From Octopus sinensis (lineage: Eukaryota), in assembly GCF_006345805.1 (NCBI RefSeq), contig NC_042999.1, positions 45,136,001-45,200,000 on the forward strand: 64,000 bases of DNA. Reading direction: 5' to 3'. The notes beneath the pieces were generated by a model. The model saw only the letters and a program-made list of their open reading frames with translations. It did no database searches and was not told where the DNA came from. The stretch's first letter is position 1. Every line of letters starts with the position of its first letter. Of the stretch, positions 36,001-49,654 are shown one piece after another. A program made the position numbers and the translations under genes.

Positions 36001-36321
36001 GTATAGCAGTATAGTTAGTTAGACAAGTAAGACATGACTATCCATCTATGACTGACTACCTCCTCTTGACATCACAATATTTATAACTACTAGCAAATAC
36101 CACTCGTCACATGTGAGGGGTGTTCCATTATTACTATTATCCCCATAACACTTTTCAACCTTTCAAAGTCGATAAAATAAGTACCAGTCAGGTGCTGGGG
36201 TTGAGGTGATTGACTATCCTACTCTCCTTAAATTCCAGTCCTTGTGCATATAGTAGAAAGGATTATTATTATTATTGTTGTTGTTGTTGTTATTATCATT
36301 ATTATTATTGTTATCATCATT

Positions 36322-37405
36322 ATTCAGTAGTCTTATTTTATCATGAACTTTCACTGCACTACCGAGTGTAGCTCTGTGTGCCTTGTGTATGTGCTGCGGT
36401 TTGTTGTGATGCTCTTATTTTTACTGTATCGAAAGTGTTTTATGTAGGATCTGTGTGGTGCCTAGTGCTATTTTTCATATGTTATGTATACTTGTTAGTC
36501 ATGTGTTTTTGTTATGTATTTGTCTGAATATTTTTTATCATACCCGATGCACCTACTATGTTAGGAATTATTACTGTTTTGAGACCCCACATTTGAGTTA
36601 CCTCTATTTCCAGGTCTTTGTATTTTGAAAGTTTTTCCATTTCTTTTAGAGAAGCGTTTTCATCTGTTGGTATCGATACATCAATTAGAAAACATTTTTT
36701 TCTTGATGATCTCTGACAACTATATCTGGTCTGTTGGCCTTAATTTCTCTATCTGTGTGTATTGGCATATCCCAGAGTATGGTTGCTTACTCATTGTTTG
36801 TGACCTTTCCTGGTGTGTTCCTACACCATCTTTTTCTGTTGTTATTCCATAGTGTTGGTACAGCCTCCAGTGTATATAGATCTTAACTCTGTCGTGTCTG
36901 TGAATATATTCTTTCTTAGCCAAGAGTGGGAAGCCAGAGACAATATGATTTATTGTTTCGTGTCCATCTCCACATATTCTGCAGTTACTTATTATGTTTC
37001 TTTTCATTACATGCTTTTGGTAATTTCTGGTGGGGAGGCTTTGGTCTTGTGCTGCAATTAAAAATCCTTCAGTCTCTGCCCTGAGCTTCTTAGCCATTGT
37101 TGGGATTTTGCTTTGTCTATATCTTTACTGTTTAGTTTAACCCAATATTTGCCATGTAGGGACTTTTCTTGCTATTGTTTTATCATGATCCATTGCTGTT
37201 CCAGTTTTAGTTTGGATTTCCGTTGTTTTACAGCTTTTGTTGTTTCTTCCGTTTCTTCATAGCCATTAGGTACTATGACTTTTTTTGTGTATTTGTCAGC
37301 TTCTCTAAAGACAAAAAAAATGATTTTTTTGGTTTTGTTCATGTTTTGTAGCTACTTGTATAAGTTTTCCTTGCCTCTGATGTAGGTATTTCTGTAGTCC
37401 TATGG
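36322..37405 (-). mobile_element. R4/Dong-like RLE LINE, 5'-truncated, in ATT-rich microsatellite
   Basis: LRAETEGFLIAAQDQSLPTRNY, a CCHC-type knuckle CRIC..ETINHIVSG, RHD, RPDI..IDVSIP..EKLSKYKDL; frameshifted. Confidence 0.93.
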
Positions 37406-37501
37406 TTGTTGTTGTTATTATTATTATTATTATTATCATCATCATCAACATCATCATCATCATCATCATCATCATCATTATCATTATTATTTTTATTATC
37501 C

Positions 37502-38044
37502 TTATTGAGTGAGAGAGCAGTGCATGCCATCAAAGTGACACTGAGCTAAAATATACGAAGCCAAGTATACCCATCATGACTATCCATCTGATAAGGGTAC
37601 ACTAGACACATACATCACAACCATATGTACGCGACATGGTGATCTCATATCAAGATAAACTGCACATGACCCAGTTAGAATTTTCTTCTGGTCGAGTAAC
37701 CCATCCCGCTCAAAAGGTCCCTGAATAAGGGTTGTTTAAGGATGTTGAATGAAACACCCATGTTTCCAGAGATGAATTATTCAAACCCCAAAGAATCCCT
37801 CTCAACACATGGCTATGATGCTCCCCCACTACTTCTGCTCATGATCAGAGATGCACATAACATCAGCCAAAGGGACATGCTCAACTGGTTAAAGTCAAAC
37901 AACTGACAAGCAAATTTGTGGTATTGAGCAGAATATTTGCTGTAGCCCATCTTTTATACCAAGACAAAACAATGTACATGGTAACACTTCCAATCAGTTA
38001 AGATCAGAAGCAATAAGAGCCACTGCCTGGTGCTGCATCAGGGC

Positions 38045-38046
<2 letters not shown>
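37502..38046 (-). mobile_element. Second copy of the (TAA)n-inserted ~540-bp element
   Basis: Reverse complement of 7893-8420; ATT-rich repeats on both sides. Confidence 0.85.
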
Positions 38047-38101
<55 letters not shown>

Positions 38102-38870
38102 TTAAAATAATTTGATTTGACTAAATGAGGCTAACAAGCTAGGTTTCTGAAAGAATTTTGCAAAAAGAAGTTGCATGGAGCTGAATTAAAATGTTTTAAG
38201 TAATAAATATATGTAGCTCCTACTGAATGTTTTGAGTGCCTCTCTGTTTCATTTGTCCAGACACAAACACACAGATCTATATATGCATGCATGTGCGTGT
38301 GTGTGTGATGGGTTTCCACAATTTTCATCACCCGAATTACTTCATTCATAAGATGCTGCCAGCCTGAAGCTTTGAGGTTAAACTTAAAACTGTTATGGTT
38401 GAAAACCTGACTTGTTAACCACAAAGCCATTAAAAGCTTGCATACATATTAGAAATTTGTTAGAGATTAAATGATTTAAAATTTTAAGATTGAGTCTTTT
38501 GAAACAAGACAATAATAACTGAAAAAGGATCAATTTCTTTCTTTGCCTTTTTTTTTGTTTTTTTTTTGTTTTTGCATTTTCGAATAATTCATTATCGAGA
38601 AATTCATCTATGCCTTTTTCTTGCTTTTGTTGTTTTTTTGTTTTACCCAGAAATGAAAGTAGAGAGAAATTTCAATGTATCTTTTGTTTTATTAACAGCA
38701 ACCATTTTAATTTGACATAATAATTTCATTGTTTTGATATAGCTTAATATAAAATACATTTCATACATATATATGAATATACACATATATATACATACAT
38801 ACATATATATTTATTTTATTTTATCTAGTTTCAGCTCACGAGCTGTGGCCATGTGTATGTATATATATAT

Positions 38871-38918
<48 letters not shown>

Positions 38919-39109
38919 ATATACATATACATACACACACACACACACACACTTATATGTATATATTTATATATTTATACGTATATAAAATATTCATATA
39001 TGTATATATAAAAATATACATATATAAATAAATATATATATATAAACATATATATATATATATATACATACATATACACATGCATAGATTTATATATGTG
39101 TGTGTGTGA

Positions 39110-39145
<36 letters not shown>

Positions 39146-40393
39146 TCATAGTAGCTGTGTACTTTACAAGATATTTAATGTTTTTGCAGCGATATTTAGT
39201 TTTTAAAATATTGCCTGAAAATGAACCTTTATTTCTATTGATATTTAATTTCATGCTGGAATTATAACTCTTCAAGTGTTCACATTCATTCTCTCAATTA
39301 TGATTTATGTTTCCACAGTGGTAATTTACCATTGTATTGAGGCATTCATTATCTCCACTTCTTTTATTTTCAGCAGAAACATCAAAAGATATTTCATGGT
39401 TGAAGATTTTATTGACTAACGCCTATTTGTTTTCTTTTGTAACTAAGCCATCTGAAAATGCATACACAGGCACATGCATACATATATGCATGCATAGATA
39501 CATATACACACCAATATAAATATATATATACATATACCCATAGAAGCAACTGCACACTACTGTAGCTCAAATTTTCCATATTTCACTGTTTCCAACAAGT
39601 TCGTTCAACTGAAAGAATGTCTGCGCGATTCTGTTCTAAATATTTATAACAGGTTATCTATTTTAAGATCGGTAAAAATTCAACAACAACGAAAATTTCT
39701 GTAATCTTGATATATATATCCATTGTGTCTTCTTTGAAAATATTATGGTTTTAAGTTAAAACCAACTGAAGAGATATTCTTCAAATTTAGTTTACACATT
39801 TAAATATGTCACTAAATATCTGAGTTTTCTTTTCATTTCTATTCATAAATTAGAAAGTAAAGTTTCTCTTATTTCATGAATATAAAAATCGTGCATAATT
39901 TCTCTTAATGTTCAGATATTGATACATGGGTTGTGACAGGGTGAAAAATTCCAGAGAAGGTAGTTGAAATACCAGAACATTAGTCTGCATGGAAAGAGCT
40001 GCATCAATAAAATGGATAATAGGAAATGTATTTAGATATGGAGAATTCTTCTGAGTAGGTAATAATATTGAATTTCAGAATATGGATGAAGGAGAAATTG
40101 TGAGATGTATATTATAAGGAAAACATAGTAAAATGTGTGTAACAGTATACAAACAACACTGCTGGTGTTATTTGAAGGGCAATAGATATATATATATGTA
40201 TATAGATGTGTGTCACTGTATGTGTGTGTGTGTGTGTGTGAAAGAGAGAGAGAGTCCATGTGTGTGTGTGTGTGCAGCTGTGTGTGTGTTTGTATGTGTA
40301 TATGTACATATATACATGCATATATATGTTTATGTATGTTTATATATGTATGTCTATGTATGTTTATTAAGTGTTTATGTATGCTTATATATA

Positions 40394-40435
<42 letters not shown>

Positions 40436-41039
40436 TATATACATACATACATACACACACTTATATATATACATATGGATAAGTATTATATATATGAGTG
40501 TATGTATATACATGTGTATATATATGTATATATGTGTATATATATGTGTGTGTATATATGTATGTATATATATACATATATATATATAGATAGATACACA
40601 CAAACACACACATACAGATGCATATAGATGCATACATGTACAAATATACAATATACAGATGTATATATATATGCTTATACATACGCACACACACACACAT
40701 ACACATGTAAGGAGCGCATATATGTATGCATGTCTGTGTATATGTGTGTATGTATGTGTGTATGTGTGTGTGTGCATATGTGTGTGTATGCATGTGTGTG
40801 TGTGCATGTGTGTGTACCACTGTAACTCTACAATGATGGAAATGGTTAAAGTAGAAGAGTGACAGTTCATGTATGGCAGAGTATATAATTTCAATACTGC
40901 TAGTTTTTGGTGTTAAAATCTCACTCGGATTGATTTTTTTTCCTGCTCCCCACCCCCATCTTTGCATGCTTCCGGGCAGTCAATAAAATAAGCATCAGTA
41001 ATATATTGGGATTGATTGAATTGGTAACACCACCCACCA

Positions 41040-41636
41040 CCCGCCACCCATCACCACAACCCACCACAGCACCTACTTACTGCTCCTCTTTATCATCATC
41101 ATCATCATCGTGTCCATCGTAATGATTTTCGTGATTGTGACCGTGATGATGATAATGATGATGATGACGACGATGATGACAATGTTAATGATGATGATGA
41201 TGATGATGATGATGATGGCAATTGCATACCACCACCACCACGCTCTCCACCTCCCCTCTTCCTCCTTTTTCTTCCTCTCAACATCATTCTTTTCCTCATC
41301 ATCTCTGCCACTCCACCACCACCATCACCACCACCACTGCCATCAACATCATCATCATCATCTTCATCAACACCAGCACCACCAGCATCTCCAGCACCAC
41401 CACCACCACCACCAGCTCCACCACCACCACCACCACCACTGCTACCACCACCAACACCACTGCCATCACCACCACCACTGCCACCACCACCACCAACACC
41501 ACCATTGCCACCACCACCAACACCACTGCCATCACCACCACCACCACCATCATCACCACCACCACCACCACCACCACCACCACCACCACCGTCATCATCA
41601 CCACCACCACCACCACCACCACCACCACCACCACCA

Positions 41637-41686
<50 letters not shown>

Positions 41687-41690
41687 CCAT
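41040..41690. repeat. Compound (GAT)n/(CAC)n/(CAT)n microsatellite
   Basis: Seen directly; source of the poly-H/T/P ORFs. Confidence 0.95.
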
Positions 41691-41983
41691 TTTAAAAAAT
41701 TTCAGACAGTTGCAATTTTGAATATGAACTGAGGAAAAAATAACAAACAAACAAAAAAAAAGTGCTAATTATAGGATTTCAAGAAACGAGACACAGTAGA
41801 GATAATAAGGAATAAATAAAAAAAAAATGGCGAGAAAGGTGAGTAAATCAGATGTGTTGGTGGTGGTGGTGGTGGGGGTGAGGGTAGGGCTGGGGGTGGG
41901 CGTGGACGATAGGGCAGGGTGGTTGGAATGCTGCTTGGAGCTTGTTAGTTCTGAGAGGCAGAAACCATTGGAGTTGTGGCAGC

Positions 41984-42052
<69 letters not shown>

Positions 42053-43396
42053 ACAGTACACAGACCAGTCGGTAGTTGTTGTATATTGATGAATAATATT
42101 TAACTATTTGTTTATCCTGTATTCTTTTATTCCTGTACTCATTTCAGTCGTTTGACTGCGGCCATGCTGGAGCACCACCTAGCATGTTTTTTTTTTTTAT
42201 TTTGTAGCCGTAGAAATCGACCCCCCAGGACTTATTCTTTGTAAGCCTGGTACTTGTTCTATTGGGCTCTTTTTGCCGAACTGCTAAGTTACAGGGGATG
42301 TAGACACACCAACCATCGGTTGTCGAGTGAGTATGGGGGAACAAACACTGACACAAAGACACACACAAAAATATATACATACATATATACATACATATAT
42401 ATATATACATATATATATACATATATATATACATATATATACATATATATATATGTATAAATTGGGCTTCTCTCAGTTTCCATCTATCAAATCGACTCAC
42501 AAAGACTTTGGTTGGCCCAAAGCTATAGTAGAAGACACTTGCACAAAGTGCCATGCAATGGACTGAACCCAGAACCATGTGGTTAGGAAGCAAGATTCTG
42601 ACCACACGGCCATGTTTTTTTTGGGAGTGGGGTGTGAAAAGGATGCAAATTTAGAATAATCTATTCTTTTATCATTTATCTTTAACTTGTTTTAGCGTTT
42701 TGGTCATTGGTCTGTCGCCTTGCTGGAGCCATGCCTCAAAAGATTTAGGCAGATGAATTGACCCTTAGTACTCTTTTACTTGTTTCAGTCATTTGACTGC
42801 ACCCATGCTGGAGCACCACATTTAGTCGAGCAAATCGACCCCACCGGGACTTATTCTTTGTAAGCCTAGCACTTACTCTATTGGTCTCTTTTGCCGAACC
42901 ACTAAGTTACAGGGATGTAAACACACCAGCATCAGTTGTCAAGCGATGTTGGGGGTACAAGCACAGACACACAAACATACACGCACACATACATATGTAT
43001 ATATACACATATATGATGGGCTTCTTTCAGTTTCCATCTACCAAATCCACTCACAAGGCTTTGGTCGCCCTGAGGCTATAGTACAAAACACTTGCCCAAG
43101 GTGCCAAGCAGTAGGACTGAACCCGGAACCATGTGGTTGGTAAGCAAATTTATTTTTTTAAAGTCTTGTGTTAATTTAATTTTGTTTTTTAAGTTTGGTG
43201 CCTTGTTATTTCTCTTGATGACTCTCTTAGTTACAGGGGCATAAACAAACCAACACTGGTTGTCAAGTTGTAATGGTGGGGGAAAGCAACTTGAACACAA
43301 AGATGCATACACACACACATTCACAAAATAAAAGTGCTAAATGATACAAGTCTTGCCAATGCAGACCAACATTAGCCTCTTAGGAATCTGTTTGAT

Positions 43397-43441
<45 letters not shown>

Positions 43442-44129
43442 CAAGTATAAAATATAAAATATAAATTACAAAGTGGGACAAGAACGCAAAAACACACAAA
43501 GAGACGACACAAAAAAACAGACGGGTCACTCGAAGCCTCTAATCTTCAGTCAGAACGGGATCATCTTAGCAATTTCGGCTGTTTAATCTCAATATCACTC
43601 CGAACCGGCCAGCCCCTAGAACTAAGCCACAGGCATTAGATTTCTTAGAAAGAGGACGAATGTATACGAAACAAAGACAGGTTGCCGCACGAATATAAAT
43701 ACAAGAAACAAAAAATAGAAATAAAAAACAAGAATGGTAAGCAGGACAAACACAGCGGGCATCTTACGACTTTAGCCAATTTTTAACTTATCTTGGCTGG
43801 AGTATTTGAAAAAAGCCTTTGTGGCAAAAACGAAAACAAACGTTAACATGGCAGCGGTCAAGCTGAAAAAGACTGGTTTGAATGCGGTCACGTGAGAGCA
43901 TGGAAGAAAGAGAAAGAAAAAGAAAAGCAGGGAGTAAGGAATAAAGAGAGAGAGAAAGAAAAAGAAAAGCAGGGAGTAAGGAATAAAGAGAGAGAGAAAG
44001 AAAGGGACGAAGGCAACAAGGGGGAAAGAGAGAGAAGGATGGAATCAAAGAGGGGAGAAGAAACAGGATTGGCTTAGCAATAGAAATGACGGTGCATATA
44101 TACATATTTGAAACTGACTTATTGGAAGT

Positions 44130-44172
44130 CCACCTGAAGATTGTCGATCAAGACAAGAAACAATTGTAGTGG
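44130..44172 (+). ncRNA. Intact minimal type-I hammerhead ribozyme
   Basis: CCAC-CTGAAGA-TTGTC(gatcaa)GACAA-GAAA-CAATTG-TA-GTGG. All three stems pair, stem III is the palindrome ACAATTGT, and the GUA cleavage site is after 44168. Confidence 0.88.
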
Positions 44173-44354
44173 CGGTTTTTTTGACTTTTTATTAAAATTT
44201 TATGTATTGATTAAGTCTTTCCTTGTTTGTTTTGCAAAATAGTGGTTTTGTCTCTAATAATATTATATAATATTTTACTATAAAATTGGATTTAATCCTA
44301 AATCTGATTTTTTTCCCTGTAAATTTGGATTTATTCCCTAATATTTATTATATA

Positions 44355-44386
<32 letters not shown>

Positions 44387-44466
44387 CATATTTATATATA
44401 CATATATATATATATATACATATATATATACATACATATACATATATTATATATATATACAGACAA

Positions 44467-44520
44467 CTTAGTTTGATTTGAAAACCCCACTAGAATGGGA
44501 GAAAGCGCTAATGATCTAAG
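44467..44520 (+). ncRNA. Minimal hammerhead with U3-A8 core
   Basis: CTTAG(ttt)GAT-TTGAAAA-CCCCA(ctagaa)TGGGA-GAAA-GCGC-TA-ATGATCTAAG; stem III palindrome AGCGCT. Confidence 0.65.
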
Positions 44521-44973
44521 TGATATGATATATATATAAAAAATGTAATATACAAATAAATATCTGTAAATATAAACCATCCGATCTTCTGAGTACCTAT
44601 TTCTTCTAATATATAATACCTGTACATCATCTCCAAACCTTCCAATATATATATAGACATATATACATTTGCACACACACATATATATAAACATATACGT
44701 ATATGAATATGTATATACATATACACATATTCAAATATATATATATATATGTATACACATACACGCATTTATACACAGAGTTAACTGCAAAATTGTCACA
44801 CTCACAAATTCTTAAAATCTCTTAAAACCAATAAACAAATCGATTTTCAATTTTCCATTTTTCTAGATAAGACATCCGGCCATACTGACACCAGTTTTTG
44901 TAAGAGTCAGCGAAATACCTATTGAGATACTTAGAAAGAGAACAGGCTGAAAGCATGTTGTTTCGGCCTCACC

Positions 44974-45809
44974 ATGTATTCCCAAATGAGCAATGTTGAG
45001 AGGACTAAGATCATTCAAGTGTTCAGTAATGATGCCAACATTCATTCTCTGGCTTCTAACTTCAAAGTCTATTCAAGAACCATCAAAAGAATTTTGAATA
45101 AGTCTGAGAAAGACGAAATAGTGGAAAGGAAAACTGGATCAGGAGGTCATAACTGTAAAACGGATCATTATTTCAATCTGGAGCTGAAGAGATCAATCAG
45201 AAGGGATCCAACTCAATCCATAAGACGTTTGGCATGTAAGAGAGGAGATTTGGCTATGAAAGTTTCAAGAGTAGTGACAGAAGACTTGAAAGTGAAATCG
45301 TACTGAGATCTGTGAGGCACCTTGTTGCTCCAGAACAAAAGGTCAGAAGGTTGGAGAGAGGGAAGATCATCTTGAACAAAGTGAAACATAATTCTGGAGT
45401 GACCTTTTACACAGATGAGAAGAATTTTATCCAAGAATTTAATGTCATTGATCATCTTTGAGAAGGCTGAGAGAATGACAGGAATTTGTTACATTCAGGT
45501 TTTGAAAGATGTAAAATCCTGGATTCTTTCTGAATATCCTGAGGCAAGAGATGAGGGGAACTGCAACAAGTTTACTAAGAACTTTAAGTTTACATTCTAA
45601 CAAGATGGGCCTCCTTGTCACACAAGTATAGTGGCTCAAAAATTTTTAGGCGCAGGAGTGCCTGTGTGGTAAGTAGCTTCCTTACCAACCACATGGTTCC
45701 AGGTTCAGTCCCACTGCGTAGCACCTTGGGCAAGTGTCTTCTACTTATAGCCTCAGGCTGACCAAAGCCTTGTGAGTGGATTTGGTAGATGGAAACTGAA
45801 AGAAGCCCG

Positions 45810-45847
<38 letters not shown>

Positions 45848-46650
45848 ATGTTTGTGTGTCTGTGTTTGTCCCCCCAACATTGCTTGGAAACTGATGCTGG
45901 TGTGTTTATGTCCCTGTCAGTTAGCGGTTCGGCAAGAGAGACCGATAGAATACGTCCTGGGGTCGATTTGCTCGACTAAAGGCGGTGCTCCAGCATGGCC
46001 GCAGTCAAATGACTGAAACAAATAAAAGAATAAAAGAATAAGATAAGCACACAAACAGATGCTACAGCCATTTTCTGGCTTCACCTCCTCACAAGACAGT
46101 CAAAATTGTCATTTTCAGGTGCAAAAACCTACCAAAGTGATGATTTTCGTCTGTGTGAGACTGTGATGATTTTCGTCTGTGTGAGACTGTGATGGTAAGA
46201 AGATGCCATTGATCATCTTTGAGAAGGCTGAGAAAATGACAGGAATTTGTTACGTTCAGGTTTTGAAAGATGTAAAGACCTGGATTCTTTCTCAATATCC
46301 TGAGGCAAGAGATAAGGGGAACTGCAACAAGTTCACTAGGAACTTTAAGTTTACATTCTAGCAAGATGGGCCTCCTTGTCACACAAGTATAGTGGCTCAA
46401 AAATTTCTCAGGGATGAGTTTGAGAACAAGTTTGGGGATAAGGACACATGGCCTTGTTCATTATTTGATTTGAATCCTTTAGACATCAGCATCTGGAATG
46501 AACTGGTCAGAAAAGCTTCTGAGAATGAACCGGTCAGATAAGCTTGTGAGGAAGACATTGATGAGGAATTCATTAAGAAAGCCTGCGAGGCAATCAGGAA
46601 GAGGATTGAGGAAGTCATTGCTAAAATAGGAACAACTATTGACACCTAAC
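44974..46650 (+). pseudogene. Tc1/mariner maT (DD37D-like) transposase relic, internally duplicated and split by SINE A
   Basis: RKTGSGGHN..SIRRL..DLKVKSY, FYTDEK, QDGPPCHTS..WPCSLFDLNPLDISIW; 45450-45648 is repeated at 46210-46408. Confidence 0.88.
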
Positions 46651-46842
46651 ACGTAGAATTTTGTCATGGGTCACCCTCCATCTCCCCTTGTTCTAAAAGC
46701 CAGCCATGCTTGCATTCTCAAAGGAGACAGACTAGTGAAGGGTCTGCTTCCAGTCCTTAGAATCAGAGACTAGAGTAAACTACTGAGGATATTCAAAGCG
46801 ACAGGCACCAAATGATTTCTTCAGTGAGATCTCAATCAGACG

Positions 46843-46883
46843 AGTCCACTAGTTTTGACATTTGTTAGAGCTTCGTCAGGACT
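46843..46883 (-). ncRNA. Decayed hammerhead motif
   Basis: Minus strand AGTC-CTGACGA-..-(A)AAA-CTAG-TG-GACT; stem III palindrome ACTAGT; G12 and H17 are mutated. Confidence 0.5.
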
Positions 46884-47423
46884 GAATAACTTGCTCCCAG
46901 TAGTAGGGAGATCGTTGTGTTACTACTTATAGAAATTATAAATAAGATCGGAATAAGTATGATCACATAGCAACACGAAGTTGTTATCATGTATATTTAT
47001 TAATTCAGACACTGACAGAACATATTTGAGATATAATTCATAAATAACATTATTATCATATGTTTAATAACATTATATTTAGTCTAGCTGTGATTGCTCT
47101 ACCTTAAACATGAAGTCTTTTAAACTGAAGGCAAAAGCAAATTAACTGGTGGTGAATACAGAACACCCTTCTACGTTGTGAATTACCACTTATGCAGACA
47201 AAAGCTGATATCGAAGAAAATATCAATCTCTATATATATGTATGTAAGTATCTGTGTGCGTGTGTGTGAGTGTGTGTATGTGTGTGTATAAATATATATA
47301 TAAATGTATGTGCAAACATATGAATATACGCATGTGCATATTTATACAAATATACATATACATATATGTATATATACATCTATACCTATCTATCTATCTA
47401 TCTATCTGTCTCCCTCCCTCCTG

Positions 47424-47466
<43 letters not shown>

Positions 47467-47765
47467 AGTGTATCCTTAAAATCCTTAAAAATGTTTTAGC
47501 CCGAAGGCCGCAACCATGCTGGAGCACCACCGATATATATATTATATAAATGTTTATAAGTAGCAGATGATAAGATAAACGGTTAAGATTTACAATTATA
47601 AAGTTAAAATTAAATTGATTATGACATTTTGCATATAAAAATCCATGACACACAAAATGTGCACAGAGCCATGCAATTTTGTATCTATATTTTCTACCTG
47701 GGATTTGTGTAAATATATATAAATATATATACATACATATATTTATATATAATAAATATATATAT

Positions 47766-48071
47766 ATCATCATCATCATCATCATCATCGTTTAGCGTCC
47801 GCTTTCCATGCAAGCATGAGTTGGACGGTTCAACTGGGGTCTGTGAAGCCAGAAGGCTGCATCAGGACCAGTCAGATCTGGCAGTGTTTCTATGGCTGGA
47901 TGCCCTTCCTAACGCCAACCACTCCGTGAGTGTAGTGGGTGCTTTTTACGTGCCACCGGCACGGGGGCCAGGTGAGGCTGGCAACAGCCACGATTGGATG
48001 GTGCTTTTTATGTGCCACCGGCACGGGGGGCCAGGCAAAGCTGGCAACAGCCACGAACGGATGGTGCTTTT

Positions 48072-48074
<3 letters not shown>
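47766..48074 (-). mobile_element. RTE 3' fragment, both junctions in (TA)n
   Basis: TATATATCATCATC..GTTTAGCGTCC...GGTGCTTTTTAC|ATATATAT. Confidence 0.92.
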
Positions 48075-48137
<63 letters not shown>

Positions 48138-48437
48138 CATACATACATACATACATACATACATACATGTATATATATGAGATTCGGTTGAATTAGTTAT
48201 TTAAGTTGAAGCACCCGCACAGCTTGAAGTATATATGTATATGTATATAAATAAACATATTATCTACATACTTATATAAACATATATACCTGTGTGTGTG
48301 TATATATATATATATATTATATATATATGTATATATATATATATGTATGTATATATACAAGTTTGTATGTCTGTCTGTTTGTCTGTCTATCTGTCTGTCT
48401 GTCTGTATACATCTATGTATGTATATCAGAACAAAAA

Positions 48438-49050
48438 CTTCAAAGTTTTGGCCTTTTAGCCTCCGTCAGACTGTGCTACACTTTGATTCCTCTTGGCTAT
48501 TCATAGTCTCTAGCAAGTTGTTTTTCTGGGGGTAGGTGGATCTATGTGAAATGGTGCTTAGACTTGGTGTATGTAGGCCTGGAAAGTAGGTGTGTAGGAA
48601 GTGGGACTGAAGAGGGATAAAAGGAAAGTATATTTACAGGGTGTGTGTGTTGATAGAAAGTTACTGTTGGAAGATTTTGTTTGGTTTGATCAGGGAATTG
48701 TGTTATTGTTTCAAGTTCAGTTAAGCATGAAAGTAACTGTGTACACAGGTGTGCCTAATTCAAGCATTTCAAGTTCAGGCTATAAGATACTTTGTTTAGA
48801 AAGTTGGTATTTATTAGATTTCAGGGTTCATAAAAGAATGGTTGTCAACGAATTAGTTGGTCACCCAGCAAAACGTCTGATTGGGGTTGAATTGCTGTTG
48901 GTATTATCTGATTTCTGAAAAGATAAGAACTGAGAGACTATATTGCTATAAATATTTATTGGGTTTTCCTTACTGGTTTTCAGCTTGGTTACTTGTGTTT
49001 ATATCCGATCATTGTAGATAGATATATATACATGTAACTGTATGACATTA
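48438..49050 (-). mobile_element. Probable Penelope-like fragment ending in a decayed hammerhead (48438-48475)
   Basis: Minus strand CAGT-CTGACGG-AGGC(taaaa)GGCC-AAAA-CTTT follows an A/C-rich body; the peptide was not recognised. Confidence 0.4.
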
Positions 49051-49411
49051 CCTGTACTTCAGATTAAAGCACAAGTATGATGCATTTTCTATAGGTATTT
49101 CAATCGATAAGGAGATATACATGTAAAAAACGATATATGATTTATAAATATAAATATAACAAAATATATGCATATCAACAAATATATTGATACATATAAA
49201 TAAATGTATATATGTGCACATATAAAAAATACCAACATGGATGTATGTATAGATATACTTATGAGTGTGTGTCTGTGTGTACACAGACACACATACATAT
49301 ATGTTTAATATATATATAATATATACATATATATCATCATCATTTAACATCCGTTCTCATATATTATACATGCATACATACACATATATATATACACGTA
49401 TTTATATATAT

Positions 49412-49489
<78 letters not shown>

Positions 49490-49654
49490 TGCACATACAT
49501 ATACTTACATTTATTTGAACATATGATCAAGCAGAATCCAAGGATGATGATGTTGGTCAGTGTTAGCAAGTCTTGTATAGTAAAATCGATTTTAATATAT
49601 TTTACTATATTATATATAAAGACATGCACACATGTGTGTATATATATACATATA

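Noticed and set aside
43520-43620. CTGAAGA and CAGCCGAAA motifs on the minus strand
   Set aside because: The order and spacing do not assemble into a hammerhead; at most pLTR-like sequence.
49070-49115. TTGAAAT..GAAAATGCATC on the minus strand
   Set aside because: A9 is absent and stems I and II do not pair.
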